A stretch of 57,847 nt of DNA from an uncultured Gammaproteobacteria bacterium (GCA_964587425.1 CAZPLB010000005.1:1-57847); one strand, 5' to 3'; positions 40,250-48,964 are shown, counted from the first letter of the stretch. Translations and numbers: made by a program. Notes: generated from the sequence alone by a model not told the origin.

Positions 40250-41515
40250 ATGACTGTCCAGGAAAGAAACTTTCGATCGATTAGCGGTTCCTTACCTCCA
40301 CCTTTTCACAGTGAGGCTTCGTCGCAACTTCAAATGGAAGATCTTCTTGACCAAACACAACCAACAAAAGAAAAAGCAAAAAAGGAACCAGTTGGATACA
40401 AAGAGATGTCCCCTTCTGACTTAGGCTTAATAAAACTGGACAGTGTACCAGACATTAGTGAAGAAGCTCTCTCTATTCAAAAACTCTCCCCTACAAGAAA
40501 CGAAATCATAGCTTCAATGCGCGGTATGGAAGGTCATTTTATTTACGAACTCTATATCCACCTTGCAAGAATTTACCGAACAAGGTTAATTGGAACATTA
40601 ACAATAGGAAACATTAGAGAGGATTTGGTAAACAGTATCAGTTGGCCACTACCTGTTGAACAGAAAACCATAATAGACTCCGCATTGCAAAGTTTACTCG
40701 AAAAAAAATTATTTAATCCTAATCAAATAATAAAGAGAAGAGATTTTGGGGAAATAATGAGACCAGTAAGAGAAATATGGAGAGACAATCATGCCTTTTA
40801 TCTTCAAAGAGTGGAAAGTGCCACCAAGACCAAAAGAAAATTTAAATACATCGAAGGACAAGTTCATAAAGCTGCTGAGATTCAGAGTCTTTGGAATTCC
40901 CCCAGCCAAATTGCTTATGGTGAAAAAATCATTAGAGCATTAACAGATAAAGTTTACTTTCCTCAGGAAAGTATACCAGCAAACAGAACTTATATAGAAA
41001 ATGTAAAAATTGCACACATTAAATTTCCAAGAGGACAACTTGTCCAATTAACATGTAGACCAGATTTCATCTGTGCCCCCGATCAAATAAATTACACCCC
41101 AGGTGAACCATCAGGGGCGGTGATTTTTGACAGCAAATTTGGAATGCCATGGGAAGAAGACACACAGGTTATGCGGGATGAGCGAGTCTTGTATCAGGCA
41201 ATTATCTGGCAATCTATTTTTGATCATATGGATATAGTTGGACCACTAGAATTTAGAAATTTACATCCAGAAAATGTAGGTTTTTATTACACCGTAGTAA
41301 ATATCGAAGGCGATACTCCCGCAATCGAACTCCAATCGGGGTATCTAACACAAGATGAAATAAACGCGGCTTTGAATGATATCGAAGAAAGGGTAGAACA
41401 GTGGTCTGTCTTTTATCCTTACTATAAATATATAAAAGACAAAAAAGAAAAAGCTGTTGTTATGCCCTATATCCCCAAAACTCCCATTGGCACAGCCGCT
41501 CAAACGGGATATTAA
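40250..41515 (+). CDS. Hypothetical protein with a C-terminal PD-(D/E)XK nuclease-like domain
   Basis: E..., CRPDFI, VIFDSKFG and a downstream Q...W arranged as in the RecB/Cas4-type core. Confidence 0.55.
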   Translation: MTVQERNFRSISGSLPPPFHSEASSQLQMEDLLDQTQPTKEKAKKEPVGYKEMSPSDLGLIKLDSVPDISEEALSIQKLSPTRNEIIASMRGMEGHFIYELYIHLARIYRTRLIGTLTIGNIREDLVNSISWPLPVEQKTIIDSALQSLLEKKLFNPNQIIKRRDFGEIMRPVREIWRDNHAFYLQRVESATKTKRKFKYIEGQVHKAAEIQSLWNSPSQIAYGEKIIRALTDKVYFPQESIPANRTYIENVKIAHIKFPRGQLVQLTCRPDFICAPDQINYTPGEPSGAVIFDSKFGMPWEEDTQVMRDERVLYQAIIWQSIFDHMDIVGPLEFRNLHPENVGFYYTVVNIEGDTPAIELQSGYLTQDEINAALNDIEERVEQWSVFYPYYKYIKDKKEKAVVMPYIPKTPIGTAAQTGY

Positions 41516-41542
41516 CTCAACAATTTGATATCATATATATAT

Positions 41543-42307
41543 ATGACTATATTTTACGCGTTTGTTCTTTCTGTAGTCGAAGGTATCACAGAATTTCTAC
41601 CCATCTCCTCCACCGGCCATCTTATTCTTGTCTCCTCTCTTTTGAAAATTACTCAAACAAATTTTGTAAAAACATTTGAAATTGCAATTCAGCTTGGGGC
41701 TATCGCCTCAGTAGTATTCCTTTACTGGCAAAAATTAATTGAAAGCAAAAAATTAATTAAAAATATTATTATTGCCTTCATACCAACAGCCATTGTTGGA
41801 CTAATTTTCTATAAAATCATAAAAGACTATCTAATTGGAAACATACTCGTAACAGTAGTATCTCTTTTTCTTGGAGGAATTTTCATTATAGTTTTTGAAA
41901 AATGGATACAGAATAAAAATCTCAAAAAAGATTTAACCGACCTCACAGTCAAAGATTCTCTTTTAATAGGAATTGCACAATCTGTTTCAGTAGTACCAGG
42001 CATATCAAGAGCAGCAGCAACAATCTTTGGAAGTATGTTCTTGGGTTACGATCGGATTGCTGCAACAGAATTCTCATTTATATTAGCCCTACCCACAATG
42101 TTAGCTGCAACCGGTTTAGATTTATTTAAAAATTACAAATCTTTCACAGCCAACGATGTTGGAATTCTAATCCTTGGTGGAGTTGTAAGTTTCTTGGTTG
42201 CAGTTTTTGCAATTAAATTCCTCCTGGGTTATGTGAAGAAAAATGATTTTATAGTATTTGGAGTTTACAGGATAATAATTGCAGCAGTTTTTCTCCTGCC
42301 AATTTGA
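41543..42307 (+). CDS. uppP: Undecaprenyl-diphosphatase
   Basis: VEGITEFLPISSTGHL, IQLGAI, PGISR and EFSF.LA.P. Confidence 0.96.
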   Translation: MTIFYAFVLSVVEGITEFLPISSTGHLILVSSLLKITQTNFVKTFEIAIQLGAIASVVFLYWQKLIESKKLIKNIIIAFIPTAIVGLIFYKIIKDYLIGNILVTVVSLFLGGIFIIVFEKWIQNKNLKKDLTDLTVKDSLLIGIAQSVSVVPGISRAAATIFGSMFLGYDRIAATEFSFILALPTMLAATGLDLFKNYKSFTANDVGILILGGVVSFLVAVFAIKFLLGYVKKNDFIVFGVYRIIIAAVFLLPI

Positions 42308-42312
42308 AACTA

Positions 42313-43401
42313 TTACTGAATATAATGTCTTCTTTTGGCCTCTCGAAGTTCGTCTGGTCCAAATGTCTTTAACAATTTAGTTGTAGAAACAACCTCAATA
42401 TCAGTTATTGGTTCAACATGAACACCAGCCATCTTCATTAAAAAGTCTACTTGATCTTTATACTTATCATCATGAGTACTAACAACTCTTACAAAAGGTG
42501 CATTGAAATCTTCTCCAGCAGCCAAATAGGTATGGTTAAATAGCTGATACGACTGAATACTCCAAGGAGCAGTTGGGTCAACTTCTGCGAAAGGTTTACC
42601 AAGTGCCTCAAACGCTTCTACAACATCATTAAATCCCCCATTACCCAAAGCATGTACTAATTTCTCATAAGACCCAATCGCCGCTCTCAATTCCTTTACA
42701 TCAGTCTCTGAAGGTTTTCTGTTCTCTATAAATTTATCCAAGTGCTCATTAAGTTTCACCGTGTCTAATTTTTGCATTTTAACAAGTTCATGAGCATAAT
42801 CCTTCATGTTTTTTGGAGAGGGTATAAACCCAACCAAGTCCACTGGTAAACTCGCCGTCCCAATCAATCTTGAGTGTTCAGGTATTTGTATATCGGTAAA
42901 TGCATCGGATGATTCAATTGGACGAGCAAATTCTTCATCGCCTTTGACACTATAGCCCTTTCTTTTATATGCCTTAACTGTTGAAATGAGATCGTCGTCG
43001 TCGGAAAGCATAACAACATATAAATCTTCTCTGGTTAACTCAGGGTGTTGTCGTAGATATTCGTCTGTTATTTGAAGGGAATAGGAAGCATGGCCTGCAT
43101 GAACCAAGTCATAACTTCCAGGAATATATAAAACGTGCTGTCCTCCCCTTCTTGCTTCGTCAATATATTTCTTGGTTTCAATAAAATTCTTTGCGATTTT
43201 AGCCTTTAAATTATTTGGATCCGCAACAACCAAAAGTTTTTCGTCTAAGACAACTCCCGCATTCATAACATCCTCAACTTTTTTTGCTATTTCTGTTAGC
43301 GAGATATCTTCTCCGCCAACTTGGTGTAATAATTCAGCCTGCATTTTTGTAAGACCTCTTTTCTTAATTTGCTTCATGCAACGAGAACTATAGAATACCA
43401 A
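42313..43401 (-). CDS. HxGH-superfamily (cytidylyltransferase-like) nucleotidyltransferase
   Basis: PGSYDLVHAGH, VVMLSDDD...K...RPI and a terminal STT.L. Confidence 0.65.
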   Translation of the reverse strand: MVFYSSRCMKQIKKRGLTKMQAELLHQVGGEDISLTEIAKKVEDVMNAGVVLDEKLLVVADPNNLKAKIAKNFIETKKYIDEARRGGQHVLYIPGSYDLVHAGHASYSLQITDEYLRQHPELTREDLYVVMLSDDDDLISTVKAYKRKGYSVKGDEEFARPIESSDAFTDIQIPEHSRLIGTASLPVDLVGFIPSPKNMKDYAHELVKMQKLDTVKLNEHLDKFIENRKPSETDVKELRAAIGSYEKLVHALGNGGFNDVVEAFEALGKPFAEVDPTAPWSIQSYQLFNHTYLAAGEDFNAPFVRVVSTHDDKYKDQVDFLMKMAGVHVEPITDIEVVSTTKLLKTFGPDELREAKRRHYIQ

Positions 43402-43463
43402 ATTTTAGAAATTCTGCAATAGATATTTTACTCTATATCTTATAGTTTGATATAATATAGTTT

Positions 43464-44126
43464 ATGGAGCACAAAATCACTGGGAAAATAGGCTTTGATA
43501 AGGTATCTACACAAGCAAGGGTCACAGACTGGAATTTAGAGAGTTCACAAGAGTTGGGACACTTTAATGTCGCAGATATTCCAGTTGGTGCAAGAATTCT
43601 TAATGTGGGAAGTGGATTTCAACAAGTTTTTGAAAATGAATTATCGAAGCAAAGACTTGATGTTGTAATAACATCAATAGATCCAAGCCTCGTAATGCTC
43701 GGATATAAAGTTGTCCTGAATGGCTCGAATAATTGGGAGGATAAATTTCATGTTGACAAAAGTTGGAAACAGAAAGAAAGAATTCTCGGTCTACATAATC
43801 AAAAAAATTCCATCGGTGCATTAGGTCAGTCGCTTCCATTACCTTCAGCAGCCTTTAACTTTGGAGTAGATATATATGGAGCAGCTAAATACGCAAAGGA
43901 TCCTGAATCATACAAGAGATATCTTCTAGAAATAAAGAGAGTAATTAGAGGAAAGTTTCATATCGCTGAAGTATATAATGGCACAATTACAGTAGGACGA
44001 AAAAGTGAGATGGGAAAACGCATCAATGCGGAATATAGATTATTTGAAGAATTAGGAATAAACGTAAAACTCTTTACAGATGAGTTTAGTATGCAAACAA
44101 AAATCGGAGCTATTCTAGACCTCTAA
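43464..44126 (+). CDS. Class I SAM-dependent methyltransferase-like protein
   Basis: RILNVGSG, ITSIDP, LPLP..AF and EIKRV. Confidence 0.65.
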   Translation: MEHKITGKIGFDKVSTQARVTDWNLESSQELGHFNVADIPVGARILNVGSGFQQVFENELSKQRLDVVITSIDPSLVMLGYKVVLNGSNNWEDKFHVDKSWKQKERILGLHNQKNSIGALGQSLPLPSAAFNFGVDIYGAAKYAKDPESYKRYLLEIKRVIRGKFHIAEVYNGTITVGRKSEMGKRINAEYRLFEELGINVKLFTDEFSMQTKIGAILDL

Positions 44127-44165
44127 TCACTTCGCAATCTCATTTTCATTATTGTCTTCAGTTTG

Positions 44166-44238
44166 TGGTCGATGCCGGGCTCGAACCGACGACCTGCTCA
44201 ACGTCAATGAGCCGCTCTACCAACTGAGCTAACCGACC
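44166..44238 (-). tRNA. tRNA-Val(GAC)
   Basis: Cloverleaf with anticodon loop TT-GAC-GT. Confidence 0.95.
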
Positions 44239-44372
44239 AAACTAGTGTATTATATCAAAATTTATAACCGAAGATAAACGGACAGGGAGTTGACTGCACA
44301 AAGTTCATGTTATTGTTGGTACTATGCAATATACTTTACACACGTACTAGTATAAAATACACAAACTAACAA

Positions 44373-44831
44373 ATGTTGGAAAGACCAAGAGAAGGTTGTG
44401 TATTCTGTGAAATAATTGGAGGCACAAGAAGTGGCCTTGTGATAGCCAAAACAGATAGGTCAATAGCCTTTATGTCGCTTGAAGGTCACCCCCTAGTGAC
44501 CCCTTTACATCATGTGGACGACTCCAACATAGACACATGTCTATTTGACATGATTGATGCATATGCACTAGCAAATAGACTAATACCAGCAGTGAGAAAA
44601 ATTTATGGAGTAAGTGCTGTAAATTTATTGGAAAACAGGGGAAGAGACGCAGGTCAGGAAATCAGCCACTTTCATATACATATAATTCCCAGAAGGAAAG
44701 CTGACAAAGCCTTGTCTCTTAAGGTTAATATAAAAAAGGAGGATGAAAGAATAAAAATAGCGGATCTACTAAAATCCGAGCTAGAAAGTATCCACAATCC
44801 CCTGCCTCCGCATCCTTCTAATCTTATTTAA
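44373..44831 (+). CDS. HIT family nucleotide hydrolase
   Basis: CVFCEI, GH.LV.P and AGQEISHFHIHIIPR (histidine triad). Confidence 0.93.
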   Translation: MLERPREGCVFCEIIGGTRSGLVIAKTDRSIAFMSLEGHPLVTPLHHVDDSNIDTCLFDMIDAYALANRLIPAVRKIYGVSAVNLLENRGRDAGQEISHFHIHIIPRRKADKALSLKVNIKKEDERIKIADLLKSELESIHNPLPPHPSNLI

Positions 44832-45527
44832 AAACCCTTTGTTGACCACAAAGTTCAGAGCATCATTCTCAACTTTACCCCATATTCCCTCGGGGTCATA
44901 AGTCGGTGTAGCATTTGCTCTGATATACTCTATTGTCTGTGAATAACTATTAACAGTTAACTTCTGTATATTTTGTACAATAACACCAGCATTACCACCT
45001 TTAAACTGATCTAATGACTCTATTAAATTTGAACAACCGGACAAGACAACATTTTTTACTCTTTCTCTTGTTGGCCTTATTGAATCAAGTAACATACTTC
45101 TCTCACAGTCGGATATGTCGCCAATAACTGCCATATCAATATTGCTCGGATCAGGGTGAGCCGGGCATTTCACTAGACCTCTTACTATAGAACCAAAAAT
45201 TACAACAGCGATCTCCCTTTGAGAATTTATCTTTTTCCACTCAAAAACGATACATTCTGTCATCTGCTCTGCAAGTAAATAAAGCTCTTGTCTTCTTTGG
45301 TAATCCACACTAGACATAAATTCTTTCCCAGCATCCTTGTTGGGATATCTCTTTCGTAGTGTACTAGAATAAAGGCTAAGCCATAATTTAGCCTTCTCAT
45401 TTTCAGTCAAAGGTCTAACCTGCTGAGAATTTCTTGAATTTTCCAATAACCATTCAAGCCCAGGAGGAATCAACATTTTTATCCCCCTTTGGGGGACATT
45501 TATAAGTAATTCATTAATTTCCTTCAT
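44781..45527 (-). CDS. Pol-beta superfamily nucleotidyltransferase-domain protein
   Basis: VVIFGSIVRG...SNIDMAVI matches hG[GS]..D.D with the first Asp replaced by Asn, followed by YDPEG. Confidence 0.65.
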   Translation of the reverse strand: MKEINELLINVPQRGIKMLIPPGLEWLLENSRNSQQVRPLTENEKAKLWLSLYSSTLRKRYPNKDAGKEFMSSVDYQRRQELYLLAEQMTECIVFEWKKINSQREIAVVIFGSIVRGLVKCPAHPDPSNIDMAVIGDISDCERSMLLDSIRPTRERVKNVVLSGCSNLIESLDQFKGGNAGVIVQNIQKLTVNSYSQTIEYIRANATPTYDPEGIWGKVENDALNFVVNKGFLNKIRRMRRQGIVDTF

Positions 45528-45538
45528 AATTTTTCATT

Positions 45539-45565
45539 AAAAAAAACCTCTCTGGTGAGAGGTTT
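45539..45565 (-). terminator. Intrinsic terminator in the leader of the nucleotidyltransferase gene
   Basis: AAACCTCTC-ACCA-GAGAGG followed by T8, ending 11 nt before the ATG at 45527. Confidence 0.85.
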
Positions 45566-45620
45566 GTCTTGTATCTATTTTATTTTTGTTTTCTGTTTTA
45601 CTTAATTCCTCCCACCAAAT

Positions 45621-45674
45621 TTAGCCCTCAGTAATGAGGTTAACCAAATTAATAGTGAGAGAACGCTTTAACAT
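45621..45674 (-). CDS. Putative leader peptide MLKRSLTINLVNLITEG
   Basis: ATG lies 7 nt below TATAAT (45682-45687), and the ORF covers the 5' arm of a long hairpin. Confidence 0.55.
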   Translation of the reverse strand: MLKRSLTINLVNLITEG

Positions 45675-45690
45675 TGAAAGTATTATATAA

Positions 45691-46371
45691 CTACCCTGCA
45701 CTTCTTTGCAAGAAGTCCTCAGGGTTAAGTAATCTTGAACCCTTTCCTTTTTGATACTGTCCCCAAAAGCCCTTCTTCTTGCTTGCTCTTTTGTTAGCTG
45801 AAGCCAACCAGAGTCCTGCACTTTCTATGTTTTTCCTGAAGGACTTTAAAAATTCCAATATAGCTTCCAAGAACACCTTGTGGTATTGACCTGGATTAAT
45901 AGGTGCCTCAAGACTCGCTGCCTCCACTTGTTTAGCTAGTTTTGGAGTAGTTGCTATTACAGCTTGAATTTCCTGCCTAATTGCATTTAGCTGCATACTA
46001 AGTTCACTACTTCGTCTTTCAAGTAAACTTTTTTCTTCATCTAAGATTCGTCTCTCAAAACTAATTTGTCTTGAAAGCTTTTCTTGCTGTTCTCTCTTTC
46101 CGTTATACACATCATTAACATTCAAGCTATCACCGCGTGTAATCTCTCCAGAGAAGTGTTTTTCAGGAGGCCTTTTCATTCCCATCAATTGAGACATGAA
46201 ATCCTTTGGAAGCTCTTTTAGAAAGTCCTGCCCAAATGCTTTTGCAGTTCCTCCACCTAAATCCTTAAGAGTCTCAAGAACATTCCCCTGCCTGGCCTGT
46301 TTTATTTGCTTCTGCTTTGCATTTTTGTCTGTCATATAGCCCATGTTATGCCGTGCTAACAAGGATTTCAA
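45691..46371 (-). CDS. Conserved hypothetical protein (DUF5660-like)
   Basis: Coiled coil, then PGQYH..FLE..L.FL..FRK.IESA..WL. Family name recalled from memory. Start may be ATG 46335. Confidence 0.6.
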   Translation of the reverse strand: MKSLLARHNMGYMTDKNAKQKQIKQARQGNVLETLKDLGGGTAKAFGQDFLKELPKDFMSQLMGMKRPPEKHFSGEITRGDSLNVNDVYNGKREQQEKLSRQISFERRILDEEKSLLERRSSELSMQLNAIRQEIQAVIATTPKLAKQVEAASLEAPINPGQYHKVFLEAILEFLKSFRKNIESAGLWLASANKRASKKKGFWGQYQKGKGSRLLNPEDFLQRSAG

Positions 46372-47161
46372 GAGCAGTTCTTCGCTTCAAAACAGACCGA
46401 ACGAGCATTTTTTGCTCTTCCCCAGCCGACTCGCTCACTCCGCTTGCAGCAATTGCTTTCATAACTTCAGCCTCATCCACAGTGACCCTTTCAGTACCAG
46501 CTATTTTATTCAAAACCAATTCCAACGTAATCCCCTCTGTAATTTGTTTTTCATACTCCGCTCTCAATGTCTTTTCATCTTTTCCGATTGATCCTAAATA
46601 CCCTTCAAGAGTGAGCCCTAGTTTTTCAATTCTGGCAAGAAGATTAGAAAGTCTGCCGTTCACCTCATCCTCAATTAATATTTTTGGGATTTTAATCTTA
46701 ATTGTCTCAAGTAAAGTCTTCACTGCAACCTGTTCCTTTTCTTCTTTAGTAAGTTCCTTTTTAAGTGAAATTGCACGAATGGCGCCTCCTACCAAGTTTT
46801 TATAGTCCCCCAAGTCAATTTCCGGAAGGTCTGCAGTAGTTGCCCTAATCTCCCAAACTTCTCCTTGCTTCATTACTTCAAATTTGGGATATGTAATTGG
46901 TTTAATTTTGTGTTCATCTAAAGCCTTGACATAAGCATCAGGGAGTAATTTACCAAGTGCCTTTTCAAGGACCTTTCCTGCGTCTATTTTCTCGTTTGCT
47001 TTCTCAACGGGTGCCTTTCCTTTACGAAATCCAGGAACCGCCACATTCTTTGCCAATTCTTCGAGAGCCGAATTCTTAGCATTCTCAATTTCTGCACTTG
47101 GAACACTGAAATTGATTTGAATAGTTCCGTCGTCAAGACGGGCTAGTGTATTTTTAATCAT
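46346..47161 (-). CDS. tig: Trigger factor lacking the FKBP PPIase domain
   Basis: VPGFRKGKAP ribosome-binding motif. In 271 aa the N-domain joins directly to the C-domain (IPKILIEDE). Confidence 0.9.
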   Translation of the reverse strand: MIKNTLARLDDGTIQINFSVPSAEIENAKNSALEELAKNVAVPGFRKGKAPVEKANEKIDAGKVLEKALGKLLPDAYVKALDEHKIKPITYPKFEVMKQGEVWEIRATTADLPEIDLGDYKNLVGGAIRAISLKKELTKEEKEQVAVKTLLETIKIKIPKILIEDEVNGRLSNLLARIEKLGLTLEGYLGSIGKDEKTLRAEYEKQITEGITLELVLNKIAGTERVTVDEAEVMKAIAASGVSESAGEEQKMLVRSVLKRRTALEILVSTA

Positions 47162-47198
47162 AAAAGTAATTTACAACAAGCTCAGCTTGTCATGTCGC

Positions 47199-47366
47199 TT
47201 ACCCTTTGTGTTGAGTCTTAAACCTTGCAGGATCAAAGCCAGTTGCTGAACCTTTTCCAAATTTCTTCCCTCGAAAAAAATCAGCTTTGAATGTAGGTCC
47301 CTGACTCTTCAAATTCGGTTTTAATACTACAGGACTAGCTTTAGAATCTGTTGTCTGTACTGCCAT
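47199..47366 (-). CDS. Small basic hypothetical protein (55 aa)
   Basis: MAVQTTDSKASPVVLKPNLKSQGPTFKADFFRGKKFGKGSATGFDPARFKTQHKG, with TATAAT 5 nt upstream. Confidence 0.65.
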   Translation of the reverse strand: MAVQTTDSKASPVVLKPNLKSQGPTFKADFFRGKKFGKGSATGFDPARFKTQHKG

Positions 47367-47379
47367 GCCTGATTATACA

Positions 47380-48393
47380 CTATTTCAGGTTCTTTCTGAA
47401 GAATGCCAAATCTTGAAGGATAGCTTCATTCCACGAAGGATTCATATTGTGGTCTGCCCCAGGATGGATATGATATTCGATATCAATCCCTAAAGTCTTC
47501 ATATTCTTAACAAACCTATCACTCCAGCCAACTGGAACTGCATCGTCATTTGTTCCTTGATGGAGTTGAATCGGGATACCTGTGTTAATAATCCCCCAAT
47601 AATTATCAAGTGAATATAGACTGCTGTCATAGGTCTCCTCAAAAGTGGAAATTGATTTCCTTAGTGCCCTACCTTTATCTTCAGTCTCATCTGTATAGTA
47701 AAGAATAGAAAAAGGGAAAGGAGCTGTTACTGGTGCCCAAAGAGTAGTTGGATAACTTCCACCCGTAGCTTCAAGTGTAATTAATGCCACCTGCCCGCCA
47801 TTTGAATGTGCCCAAATAAAAATATTCTTGTGATCCCATGAAGGCAGTGAATCAAGAGATCTAATTAAATTTACTGCCGTAACATATGACTGAAACCTTG
47901 TCTCGAATACATTGTCGGCTTCATGATCGCTATCTCCATAACCTAAAAAATCAGGAGCAATGGTAATGTAGCCATTGTTGGCAAAAACTTCAGCAGCGTG
48001 TTCTGTTCCCTCTCCTATAAAATACTCTTTTGGATCAACGTAACCCCGAAGCATAACAACAGCTGGATATTGTCCAGATATCTTTGGAATATTAATTAGC
48101 CCAGATGTTTTCTTTACTGTTTTACCATCCAAATTAGGATTGAATTCAAGGAAAAATTCACTTGAAGTAAAACTATTATTCTCCTTAATAACTTTATCAA
48201 TTTGAAACTTACCCCAGACGTCATTTGCCTCATTGAATTTGCGGAGGTTCTCGATAGAGTATTTATCCAAACTTCTATCAACAATCTTTTGAACTACAGG
48301 AATATTAATCTGGTTTTCTTTAACAATCCACCCAACCCCAAAACCAATTACAAGAAGTAATATGCCAGATAAAACAAAAACTAATCCCTTCAT
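47380..48393 (-). CDS. Membrane-anchored alpha/beta hydrolase (S9-like)
   Basis: APDFLGYG, AHSNGG nucleophile elbow, HQGTNDDAV and GADH triad. Confidence 0.9.
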   Translation of the reverse strand: MKGLVFVLSGILLLVIGFGVGWIVKENQINIPVVQKIVDRSLDKYSIENLRKFNEANDVWGKFQIDKVIKENNSFTSSEFFLEFNPNLDGKTVKKTSGLINIPKISGQYPAVVMLRGYVDPKEYFIGEGTEHAAEVFANNGYITIAPDFLGYGDSDHEADNVFETRFQSYVTAVNLIRSLDSLPSWDHKNIFIWAHSNGGQVALITLEATGGSYPTTLWAPVTAPFPFSILYYTDETEDKGRALRKSISTFEETYDSSLYSLDNYWGIINTGIPIQLHQGTNDDAVPVGWSDRFVKNMKTLGIDIEYHIHPGADHNMNPSWNEAILQDLAFFRKNLK

Positions 48394-48432
48394 AACCCTA
48401 ATAATAACACTTGTGCTATAATCTCACCTGTT

Positions 48433-48687
48433 ATGAAAACCGAATGGGAACAACTTAGTGACCACCAGAAAAATGTACTACATTATGTAATTCTGGAGGT
48501 TGAAGGGTTGAATATGTTTGGAACTAGAAATGTTCCTACAATTAGAGAAATTGGGGATGCTGTCTGTATTTCATCAACAAGTGTTGTAAATCACAGCCTC
48601 AATAAATTAATAGAAAAAGGTTTTCTAGAAAAATTGCCAGGTCACGAAAAGAAAAGTAGGCGACTCATTGTTCCAGATAGAAAGTAG
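48433..48687 (+). CDS. LexA-type DNA-binding domain protein (no S24 protease domain)
   Basis: LSDHQKNVL..., PTIREIGDAV.ISSTSVVNHSL.KL.EKGFL...KSR, then a stop at 84 aa. Confidence 0.85.
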   Translation: MKTEWEQLSDHQKNVLHYVILEVEGLNMFGTRNVPTIREIGDAVCISSTSVVNHSLNKLIEKGFLEKLPGHEKKSRRLIVPDRK

Positions 48688-48724
48688 TTATTGACTTCAT
48701 TTTTTCTTCGGGTTACATTTAATT

Positions 48725-48964
48725 ATGTCTGTCCAAACAATCTCCGAACCAGTATCTGTAATCTTTGATGGATTCCCTAAGTCTGTTGTTTGGAAAAATC
48801 GTGATTACGAAATAAAAAAAGTTGGTCTTCACCATAAATACACCAAAGGCAAAATTCTATATCATGTATTCTCTGTAGTTACTGAGACTTCTTTCTTGAG
48901 GCTTGTATTAAATACAAGTAACCTTCTTTGGACTTTAGAAAATTTTGAAGAAAGGAGTTATTGA
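48725..48964 (+). CDS. Small beta-rich protein, probable Y-family polymerase accessory (DUF6504-like)
   Basis: EPVSV...P....W..R.Y.I..., F.V...L.L......W.L pattern and position just before dinB. Confidence 0.6.
   Translation: MSVQTISEPVSVIFDGFPKSVVWKNRDYEIKKVGLHHKYTKGKILYHVFSVVTETSFLRLVLNTSNLLWTLENFEERSY

Larger units (their letters stand above)
45539..45687 (-). promoter_or_regulatory. Putative leader-peptide transcription attenuator
   Basis: TATAAT box, a 17-codon uORF and mutually exclusive 1:2, 2:3 and 3:4 pairings (see findings). Confidence 0.7.

Noticed and set aside
45600-45625. TTTGGTGGGAGG as a T-box antiterminator
   Set aside because: It lacks the GGTGGNACC consensus and there is no Stem I or specifier region. 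The pairing fits a leader-peptide attenuator better.
45621-45821. 66 aa minus-strand ORF from the track
   Set aside because: Most of it overlaps the upstream gene. Only the last 17 codons, from ATG 45674, have promoter support.
47176-47190. Palindrome ACAAGCTCAGCTTGT upstream of tig
   Set aside because: It occurs once, has almost no loop and no clear U tract, so it cannot be assigned as operator or terminator.
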